Source: an uncultured Eubacteriales bacterium (GTDB lineage: Bacteria; Bacillota; Clostridia; Oscillospirales; Butyricicoccaceae). Taken from it: a DNA stretch of 61,725 nucleotides. Position 1 is the stretch's first letter. Each line of letters starts with the position of its first letter. A program made the position numbers and the translations under genes. Shown here piece by piece: positions 54,594-61,725 of the stretch. The DNA is taken from positions 1-61,725 of the forward strand of contig CAKUAK010000033.1 in assembly GCA_934636325.1 (NCBI GenBank). The letters are read 5' to 3'. The notes beneath the pieces are model-generated. The model ran no database searches and was not told the DNA's origin. It saw only the letters and a program-made list of their open reading frames with translations.

Positions 54594-55328
54594 TCATACT
54601 CCCCCAAAACGTCTTTTCCTGTGCATATATTCTTTCATTGCGGCGGCCAGATCCTCTTCGGTCATATCGGGCCACAGCTTATCGGTGAAATAAAACTCGC
54701 TGTAAGCACACTGCCACAAGAGGAAATTGGATATGCGCTTTTCTCTTCCCGGCCTGATTATAAGATCGGGGTCGGGCGTACCGGCCGAATACATATTGTC
54801 GGACAAAACCTGCTCGGTGATATCCTCGGGCCCGAGCTCGCCCGCTGCCGCCCTTCTGGCTATCTCCGCCGCCGCGCGGACTATCTCCTGACGTCCGCCG
54901 TAATTCAGGCATACATTGACGCAGAGGCCTGTCTGTTCGCGGGAGATGGCATTGGTCCTGTCGATAAGGTCAAGCAGCCTGCGGGGCAGGACCGATACAT
55001 CGCCCCAGAACCGAAGCCTTATGTTCTTCTCGGCCATGCTTTCGATGGCCTCGTTGAGATACTTTTCAAAAAGGAACATTATGGCCGAGACCTCTTCGGC
55101 CGGGCGTTTCCAGTTTTCGGTCGAAAAGGCATAGACCGTAAAATATTTTACTCCGACATCGGCCATGTATTCGGCCGCCCTGCGGAAGGTCTCACTTCCC
55201 GCCTTATGCCCGGCGGACCTGGGCAGTCCCCGGGCCTGAGCCCATCTGCCGTTGCCGTCCATTATGACGGCGACATGGGTCGGGACATGCAGGAGCTCTT
55301 CGGGCGTAAGATAAAGATGATCTGACAT
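54594..55328 (-). CDS. uppS: isoprenyl transferase (undecaprenyl diphosphate synthase)
   Basis: HVAVIMDGNGRWA and RPGREKRISNFLLWQ motifs. ATG at 55328 follows AGGAGA. The track ORF adds 20 codons. Confidence 0.93.
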   Translation of the reverse strand: MSDHLYLTPEELLHVPTHVAVIMDGNGRWAQARGLPRSAGHKAGSETFRRAAEYMADVGVKYFTVYAFSTENWKRPAEEVSAIMFLFEKYLNEAIESMAEKNIRLRFWGDVSVLPRRLLDLIDRTNAISREQTGLCVNVCLNYGGRQEIVRAAAEIARRAAAGELGPEDITEQVLSDNMYSAGTPDPDLIIRPGREKRISNFLLWQCAYSEFYFTDKLWPDMTEEDLAAAMKEYMHRKRRFGGV

Positions 55329-55454
55329 ATTTTCTCCTATTACCGCATATGAGGCGGCGCAAACGCACCGCCCCATACCAATAAGCATATCATGTCGTTT
55401 GTCCGGACGCAGAACACCTGATATACGTCTGCCCCCGGAAGCTGACGGCAGGAA

Positions 55455-56009
55455 TTAAAGCTCCATGAGCTCCTTTTCCTTCTTGGCCATCTCTGAGTCG
55501 ATCTCCTTGCAGTATTTATCGGTCGCGTCCTGGATCTCCTTTTCAAGGCCCTTGAGGTCATCCTCTGTGATCTCGCTCTTCTTCTTCTGGGCCTTGAAGG
55601 TGTCGACGGCGTCGCGGCGGATATTCCTGACGGCGACCTTGGCGTCCTCGCCCATCTTCTTGACCTGCTTTGTCAGATCCTTACGTCTCTCCTCTGTCAG
55701 CTGGGGGAAGGTCAGGCGGATGACCTTGCCGTCATTCTGGGGATTGATGCCCAGATCGGAGGCAAGGATGGCCTTCTCGATGGCCTTTACGGCGCCGGAA
55801 TCCCAGGGCTGGATGACGAGCATCCTGGGCTCGGGCGAGCTGACCGAGGCCAGCTGGTTGATCAGCATGGAAGAGCCGTAATGCTCGACGGTTATCTTAT
55901 CGAGGACGGCGGGATTGGCCCTGCCGGCCCTAACTGTGGCGAAATCGCTCTTGAGGACTTCGATGCTCTTCTGCATTTTTGATGTATATACTTCGCACTC
56001 TTTACTCAT
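55455..56009 (-). CDS. frr: ribosome recycling factor
   Basis: 184 aa, with LKSDFATVRAGRANPAVLD and LTEERRKDL motifs. Confidence 0.95.
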   Translation of the reverse strand: MSKECEVYTSKMQKSIEVLKSDFATVRAGRANPAVLDKITVEHYGSSMLINQLASVSSPEPRMLVIQPWDSGAVKAIEKAILASDLGINPQNDGKVIRLTFPQLTEERRKDLTKQVKKMGEDAKVAVRNIRRDAVDTFKAQKKKSEITEDDLKGLEKEIQDATDKYCKEIDSEMAKKEKELMEL

Positions 56010-56038
56010 AAGGGTGATCCTCCTAAATATTATTTAAA

Positions 56039-56755
56039 TTACTCTTCAACTACCGTGCCGACATGCTCGCCCATCAGGACACGCTTGATATTATCGGGAT
56101 CCTGAACGGCAAAAACAAGAAGCGGAATGTGGTTATCCATCGAAAGCGATGTGGCCGTGCTGTCCATAACGGCAAGGCCGCGGTTGAGGACTTCTTTATA
56201 TGTTATGCTGTCAAAGCGCTTGGCATCCTTGTCGACATGAGGATCGGCATTGTATACGCCATCGATGTTCTTGGCAAGAAGGATGGCGTCGGCCTCGATC
56301 TCGGCGGCGCGCAGAGCGGCGGCCGTATCGGTCGAGAAGAATGGGTTGCCGGTGCCGCAGGCAAAGATGACGACCCTGCCCTTTTCAAGATGCCTTATGG
56401 CGCGAAGCCTTATATAAGGCTCGGCAATTTTTGTCATGTCGATCGCCGTCTGCACCCTGACGTCGACGCCGTTGTTTTCAAGGACATCGGCCAGAGCCAG
56501 CGCGTTTATCGTCGTGGCCAGCATGCCCATGTGATCGGCGCGGGTACGCTCCATGCGTCCGCCGCCGTCCTTTACGCCGCGCCAAAAGTTGCCTCCGCCG
56601 ACGACGACGCCGATCTGAACGCCGAGAGCCGTGCATTCCTTGATGGCCTTTGCAACGGCATCGACAACGTCGAAGTTAAGGCCTCTCTTCTGGTCGCCGG
56701 CCAGAGCCTCGCCGCTTATCTTGAGCAGCACCCTTTTATATTTAGGACTTTCCAT
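56039..56755 (-). CDS. pyrH: UMP kinase
   Basis: [14 protein letters not shown]-terminus and [10 protein letters not shown] motif. Confidence 0.95.
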   Translation of the reverse strand: MESPKYKRVLLKISGEALAGDQKRGLNFDVVDAVAKAIKECTALGVQIGVVVGGGNFWRGVKDGGGRMERTRADHMGMLATTINALALADVLENNGVDVRVQTAIDMTKIAEPYIRLRAIRHLEKGRVVIFACGTGNPFFSTDTAAALRAAEIEADAILLAKNIDGVYNADPHVDKDAKRFDSITYKEVLNRGLAVMDSTATSLSMDNHIPLLVFAVQDPDNIKRVLMGEHVGTVVEE

Positions 56756-56807
56756 ATCTATCTCCCACCAAACTTGAATTGATGTCTTTATTCTAATATA
56801 AAGTCGG

Positions 56808-56832
56808 ATATTTGAAAAGCCATATTTGAAAA
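56808..56832. repeat. 11-nt direct repeat x2
   Basis: ATATTTGAAAA at 56808-56818 and 56822-56832, between the uvrA stop and the pyrH start. Confidence 0.8.
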
Positions 56833-56833
56833 A

Positions 56834-59659
56834 TTAAAATAAAAATTTCTTTAAATATTGTCCGGTATAGGACTGCGGCACGGCGGCCACCTCTTCGGGC
56901 GTGCCCTCGGCGATGATCGTTCCGCCGCACGCGCCGCCCTCCGGCCCGAGGTCGATTATATGGTCGGCGACCTTTATGACGTCGAGGTTATGCTCGATGA
57001 CGATGACGGTGTTGCCGCTGTCGGCAAGGGCGTTCAGGACCTCTATCAGCTTGTGTACGTCATAGGCGTGAAGGCCGGTGGTCGGCTCGTCGAGGATATA
57101 AACGGTTCGGCCCGTGGCGCGGCGCGAAAGCTCGGTGGCCAGCTTGACACGCTGTGCCTCGCCGCCCGAAAGGGTCGTCGAAGGCTGCCCCAGCTTTATA
57201 TACCCCAGCCCGACGTCAAAAAGGGTCTGAAGTCGGCGGTGTATCTTTGGGATATTCTCGAAGAAGCCGAGAGCCTCTTCGACGGTCATATCGAGCACAT
57301 CGCTTATGCTCTTGCCCTTGTATTTGACCTCGAGGGTCTCGCGGTTATACTTTTTGCCCTTGCAGACATCGCAGGGCACATATATGTCGGGCAGGAAGTG
57401 CATTTCTATCTTGACAAGACCGTCGCCCGAGCATGCCTCGCAGCGTCCGCCCCTTATATTGAAGGAAAATCGGCCCGGGCCGTATCCCCTCGCCTTTGCA
57501 TCGGCCGTTTTGGCAAAAAGCTCGCGGATATCGCCGAACACGCCGGTATATGTCGCCGGATTCGATCTCGGTGTGCGGCCTATCGGCGACTGGTCGATGT
57601 TTATGACCTTATCGAGATTTTCAAGCCCCAGCATATCCTTGTGGGCGCCCGCCCTTGTCCTTGCGCCGTTGAGGTCGGCGGCAAGCCGCTTATATATGAC
57701 CTCGTTGACCAGCGAGCTTTTGCCCGAGCCCGAAACGCCGGTGACGCAGGTCATCATCCCGAGGGGTATCTTTACATTTACATTTTTAAGGTTGTTCTCG
57801 CTCGCACCCTTTACCGTCAGGAAAAGGCCGTTTCCGGGGCGGCGCTTTTCGGGAACAGGGATCTTTCTCGCGCCGCTCAGATACTGGCCGGTCATCGACT
57901 TGGGGTTCTTCATGATCTCTTCGGCCGTGCCGACAGCGACTATCTCTCCGCCGTGGACCCCCGCGCCGGGGCCGACATCTATTATATTATCGGCTGCCAG
58001 CATGGTATCCTCGTCATGTTCTACGACTATAAGGGTATTGCCGAGGTCGCGCAGGCGCTTGAGGGCGTTGAGCAGCTTCTCGTTGTCACGCTGGTGCAGG
58101 CCGATCGACGGCTCGTCGAGGACATACAGGACCCCCATGAGATATGAGCCTATCTGGGTGGCAAGGCGTATCCTCTGGCTCTCGCCGCCGGACAGTGTGC
58201 CGGATGAACGCGAAAGGGTCAGGTAATCGAGGCCGACATTTTTGAGGAAGCCCAGGCGATCGCGTATCTCCTTTATGATCCTGTCGCCTATCATATGCTC
58301 ACGCTGGCTGAGCTCCAGCCCGTCAAGGAACTCCAGCTCTTCTGTTATCGACCTTTCGGTAAACTCGATTATGTTGATACCGCCGACCGTGACGGCAAGC
58401 ACCTCTTTTTTAAGACGCTTGCCCTTGCAGTCGGGACAGGGTATCTCGCTCATGCACTCTTCGATCTCTTCCTTGACCGACTCGCTGTTGGTCTCGGCAT
58501 ACCGCCTTTTAAGGCTGTTGACGACACCCTCAAAGGCGTGATAATATGTCCCGCCGCCTCCGCCGGGACGCTTCCAGAAAAGCTCTAACTTTTCATCTCC
58601 GTTTCCGTAAAGGATAAGATCCATCGTCTCCTTTGAAAGCTCCTTTACAGGCACATCGAGAGAAAAGCCATAGCGTTTGGAAAGGGCGTCGAGATACATG
58701 TGGGCAATGCTGGTCTCGTCCATCGTCGAATAGCCCGAAGCCTTTATCGCACCCTGATTGATCGAAAGGTTCTTGTTGGGGAATATAAGATCGGGGTCGA
58801 TCTCGAGCCGCATGCCGAGGCCGGCGCAGGTCGGGCAGGCGCCGTAGGGATTATTGAAGGAAAACATGCGGGGCGTAAGCTCTTCTATCGAGATGCCGCA
58901 TTCGGGGCAGGCATAACTCTGGGAAAACATGACCTCGCCGTTCTCCATCATATCGGCGATGACAAGCCCGCCGGAAAGGGACGACGCCGTTTCGACCGAA
59001 TCGGAAAGGCGGCTTTTGATCTCCGGCTTGATGACGATGCGGTCGACGATGACCTCTATGTTGTGCTTTTTATTCTTATCGAGCTTTATGGTCTCGCCGA
59101 GGTCGTAAAGGCTGCCGTCGACCCTCACGCGGGAATAGCCGCTCTTGCGGGCGTCCTCGAACACCTTCTGATATTCGCCCTTTCTCGAACGTATGACCGG
59201 AGCGAGGATCTGCATGCGGGTCCCCTGAGGATAGGACATGAGCTGATCGACTATCTGGTCGACGCTCTGCTGCTTTATCTCACGCCCGCATTTGGGGCAG
59301 TGCGGCACGCCGATGCGCGCCCAGAGAAGGCGAAGATAATCGTATATCTCGGTGACCGTTCCGACCGTCGAGCGCGGATTCTTGGAGGTCGTTTTCTGGT
59401 CTATGGCTATGGCCGGCGAAAGGCCCTCTATATAATCGACGTCGGGTTTTTCCATCTGACCGAGGAACTGACGCGCATAGGATGACAGCGATTCTACATA
59501 CCTCCTCTGCCCCTCGGCATAGATCGTGTCAAAGGCCAGCGAGCTCTTGCCCGAGCCCGAAAGGCCGGTGATGACGGTCAGCGTATCGCGTTTTATCTCT
59601 ACATCGACGTTTTTCAGGTTGTGCACCCTTGCGCCCTTAACTAAAATACTGTCGCGCAT
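56834..59659 (-). CDS. uvrA: excinuclease ABC subunit A
   Basis: Two ABC modules ([18 protein letters not shown]) and zinc modules ([29 protein letters not shown]). ATG at 59659 gives the canonical [17 protein letters not shown] start, 1 nt after the uvrB stop. Confidence 0.96.
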   Translation of the reverse strand: MRDSILVKGARVHNLKNVDVEIKRDTLTVITGLSGSGKSSLAFDTIYAEGQRRYVESLSSYARQFLGQMEKPDVDYIEGLSPAIAIDQKTTSKNPRSTVGTVTEIYDYLRLLWARIGVPHCPKCGREIKQQSVDQIVDQLMSYPQGTRMQILAPVIRSRKGEYQKVFEDARKSGYSRVRVDGSLYDLGETIKLDKNKKHNIEVIVDRIVIKPEIKSRLSDSVETASSLSGGLVIADMMENGEVMFSQSYACPECGISIEELTPRMFSFNNPYGACPTCAGLGMRLEIDPDLIFPNKNLSINQGAIKASGYSTMDETSIAHMYLDALSKRYGFSLDVPVKELSKETMDLILYGNGDEKLELFWKRPGGGGGTYYHAFEGVVNSLKRRYAETNSESVKEEIEECMSEIPCPDCKGKRLKKEVLAVTVGGINIIEFTERSITEELEFLDGLELSQREHMIGDRIIKEIRDRLGFLKNVGLDYLTLSRSSGTLSGGESQRIRLATQIGSYLMGVLYVLDEPSIGLHQRDNEKLLNALKRLRDLGNTLIVVEHDEDTMLAADNIIDVGPGAGVHGGEIVAVGTAEEIMKNPKSMTGQYLSGARKIPVPEKRRPGNGLFLTVKGASENNLKNVNVKIPLGMMTCVTGVSGSGKSSLVNEVIYKRLAADLNGARTRAGAHKDMLGLENLDKVINIDQSPIGRTPRSNPATYTGVFGDIRELFAKTADAKARGYGPGRFSFNIRGGRCEACSGDGLVKIEMHFLPDIYVPCDVCKGKKYNRETLEVKYKGKSISDVLDMTVEEALGFFENIPKIHRRLQTLFDVGLGYIKLGQPSTTLSGGEAQRVKLATELSRRATGRTVYILDEPTTGLHAYDVHKLIEVLNALADSGNTVIVIEHNLDVIKVADHIIDLGPEGGACGGTIIAEGTPEEVAAVPQSYTGQYLKKFLF

Positions 59660-59660
59660 T

Positions 59661-61649
59661 CTATTTTCCCTTTCTGTCTTCTTTTTCAAGCTGAGCGCGC
59701 ATCTCTTTTATCTGGTCGCGCAGCACGGCGGCATATTCGAACTCCAGCATCTTCGAGGCCTCTTTCATGGCCTTTTCCAGCTTGACTATCTCCTGTTCCT
59801 TTGCCGCGCGGGTCAGCTTTTTGACGCTCTGCGCCGGGACCTTCGAGCTGTCCTGCGATATCTCTATAACGTCGCGGACGCTCTTGAATATCGTCTTGGG
59901 GACGATGCCGTGCTCTTTATTGAAATCGTCCTGTATCTTTCTTCTTCTCGCCGTTTCGTCGATGGCATATCTCATAGACGGCGTTATGGTGTCGGCATAC
60001 ATGATGACCCGGCCTTCGGCGTTTCGCGCCGCGCGGCCTATCGTCTGGATAAGCGAGGTCTTGCTTCGCAGGAAGCCCTCTTTATCGGCGTCGAGTATGG
60101 CGACAAGCGAGACCTCCGGCAGGTCGAGGCCCTCTCTCAGAAGGTTGATGCCGACCAGCACCTGGAACTCGTTGAGGCGCAGGTCGCGTATAAGCTGCAT
60201 TCTCTCTATCGTATCTATATCATGGTGCATATAGCGCACCCTTATGCCGCTTTCCGAAAGATAATCGGTAAGCTCCTCTGCCATACGCTTGGTCATGGTC
60301 GTGACCAGGACCCTCTCGCCCCGGGCGTCGCGCTCTTTTATCTCGGCGATAAGATCGTCGATCTGGCCGTCGACAGGGCGTATCTCTATCTCCGGGTCGA
60401 GCAGGCCGGTCGGCCGTATGATCTGCTCGACGATCTGCCCCGAGCGGGTCGTTTCGTACTCGCCGGGGGTCGCGCTGACATATATGACCTGATTTATGCG
60501 CTCTTCAAACTCGTCGAAATTGAGCGGGCGGTTGTCGAGCGCCGACGGCAGGCGGAAGCCATAATCTATAAGCTGCTGCTTCCTGGCCCGGTCGCCGTGG
60601 AACATGGCCCTTATCTGGGGCAGCATGACATGGGATTCGTCGATGAAAAGCAGGTAATCCTTCGGGAAATAATCCATAAGAGTATAAGGCGCGCTGCCCG
60701 GCTCGCGCCCCGAAAGCACGCGGGAATAGTTCTCTATGCCGGTGCAGAAACCGATCTCCCGAAGCATCTCCATATCATATGTCGTCCGCTGGCGCAGGCG
60801 CTGGGCCTCGACCAGCTTGTCGTTTTCCTGGAACCACTTTACCCTCGCTTCCATCTCGCGTTCGATCTCGACAAGTGCCTCGTCCAGCTTGTCCTTTGGC
60901 GTGACATAATGGGAGGCCGGATATATGGCCACATGGTTGACATATCGGTTGACGACCCCGGTCACCGGGTTTATCTCGGAAATACGGTCGATCTCGTCGC
61001 CGAAAAACTCGACGCGGACGGCGTAATCATCGGTATATGCCGGGCGGATCTCGATCGTATCTCCCCTGACGCGGAATTTATTGCGTTCAAAAGCGATGTC
61101 GTTGCGCTCGTACTGGATATCGACCAGCTTGCGGCAGACCTCGTCCCTGTCGCGTATCTGACCGGTGCGCAGCGAAACGACCATGTTGGCGTAATCTATC
61201 GGGTTGCCCAGGGAATATATGCTGGATACCGAAGCGACGATAATCACGTCCCGCCGCTCGAAGAGCGCCGAGGTGGCCGAATGACGCAGACGTTCGAGCT
61301 CAGAGTTGATATCGGAATCCTTTTCTATATAGGTATCGGTCGAAGGGATATATGCCTCCGGCTGATAGTAATCGTAATAAGAGACGAAAAACTCAACGGC
61401 GTTTTCGGGGAAAAACTCGCGGAACTCCGAGCAAAGCTGGGCCGCCAGCGTCTTGTTGTGGGTCAGTACCAGCGCCGGGCGCTTTTCCCGCTCTATTATA
61501 TTGGCCATGACGAAGGTCTTGCCCGAGCCCGTAACGCCCAGCATAGTCTGCTCGTGTATGCCGAGCTCGACCCCCTTTGCCAGCGCGTCTATGGCCTGCG
61601 GCTGCCCGCCGGCCGGTTTATACGGAGCGTGCAGTTTGAAATCGCCCAT
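59661..61649 (-). CDS. uvrB: excinuclease ABC subunit B
   Basis: [18 protein letters not shown]-terminus, [12 protein letters not shown] and a C-terminal UVR domain ([12 protein letters not shown]). ATG at 61649 follows GGAGGA. Confidence 0.96.
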   Translation of the reverse strand: MGDFKLHAPYKPAGGQPQAIDALAKGVELGIHEQTMLGVTGSGKTFVMANIIEREKRPALVLTHNKTLAAQLCSEFREFFPENAVEFFVSYYDYYQPEAYIPSTDTYIEKDSDINSELERLRHSATSALFERRDVIIVASVSSIYSLGNPIDYANMVVSLRTGQIRDRDEVCRKLVDIQYERNDIAFERNKFRVRGDTIEIRPAYTDDYAVRVEFFGDEIDRISEINPVTGVVNRYVNHVAIYPASHYVTPKDKLDEALVEIEREMEARVKWFQENDKLVEAQRLRQRTTYDMEMLREIGFCTGIENYSRVLSGREPGSAPYTLMDYFPKDYLLFIDESHVMLPQIRAMFHGDRARKQQLIDYGFRLPSALDNRPLNFDEFEERINQVIYVSATPGEYETTRSGQIVEQIIRPTGLLDPEIEIRPVDGQIDDLIAEIKERDARGERVLVTTMTKRMAEELTDYLSESGIRVRYMHHDIDTIERMQLIRDLRLNEFQVLVGINLLREGLDLPEVSLVAILDADKEGFLRSKTSLIQTIGRAARNAEGRVIMYADTITPSMRYAIDETARRRKIQDDFNKEHGIVPKTIFKSVRDVIEISQDSSKVPAQSVKKLTRAAKEQEIVKLEKAMKEASKMLEFEYAAVLRDQIKEMRAQLEKEDRKGK

Positions 61650-61725
61650 TATTCTTCCTCCGTTACCCTGTCTGTATGATATCATGCCCCCATAGAGGGC
61701 CTTAGAGTCGACTTGATCCTTATAG

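Noticed and set aside
61650-61725. Searched for a LexA/SOS box (GAAC-N4-GTTC type) upstream of uvrB, and for one upstream of uvrA.
   Set aside because: None is present in the 76 nt available. Only a short ATGATATCAT palindrome is seen, and the promoter region may extend beyond the window edge.
1-61725. Looked for CRISPR arrays, transposase/integrase genes, IS-type inverted repeats, phage modules, toxin-antitoxin or restriction/defence genes, and abrupt compositional shifts.
   Set aside because: None found. Every sizeable ORF belongs to conserved housekeeping or sporulation synteny blocks, and composition looks uniform by eye. No GC computation was run.

Overview
This window is a 61.7-kb, densely coded core-chromosome segment. 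The gene content, synteny and moderately high GC (judged by eye) point to a spore-forming Clostridia genome, most like Oscillospiraceae/Ruminococcaceae. Nearly all genes are on the minus strand. Only the rnfCDGEAB operon, a DUF4015-like gene, fba, spoIVB and mnmA are on the plus strand. Left to right: (1) a purine-salvage unit, with a consensus promoter and a guanine-class purine riboswitch driving xpt, probably followed in the same transcript by a BMP-type ABC transporter; (2) tRNA-Leu(CAA); (3) a sporulation morphogenesis cluster (LysM/SipL-like, spoIVA, M23 peptidase, SpoIVFB-like site-2 protease); (4) pepF; (5) rnfCDGEAB; (6) the conserved Firmicute block priA-def-fmt-rsmB-rlmN-stp-prkC-rsgA, ending in a 21-codon spoVM that is too short for the ORF track; (7) rpoZ-gmk-remA-yicC; (8) cdaA-cdaR fused to a COG2509 flavoprotein and an RseC-like protein; (9) ispD-ispF, DUF3343 and a class-V aminotransferase; (10) spo0A, a PPi-type pfk, fba and spoIVB; (11) mnmA and an Rrf2 regulator; (12) polC-ispG-rseP-dxr-cdsA-uppS-frr-pyrH-uvrA-uvrB. 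I found no CRISPR array, mobile element, defence island or rRNA. The most unusual observations are: a Spo0A orthologue whose receiver domain lacks the phospho-acceptor Asp (Ser57) and the conserved Lys (Glu109), while its own promoter region keeps phased 0A-box-like repeats; an unannotated 45-codon Cys-rich hydrophobic micro-ORF directly upstream of spoVM; and c-di-AMP synthase genes translationally coupled to a flavoprotein/RseC pair. The many long antisense ORFs in the track are judged to be codon-bias artefacts. All homology calls come from reading motifs by eye. No database search was run.
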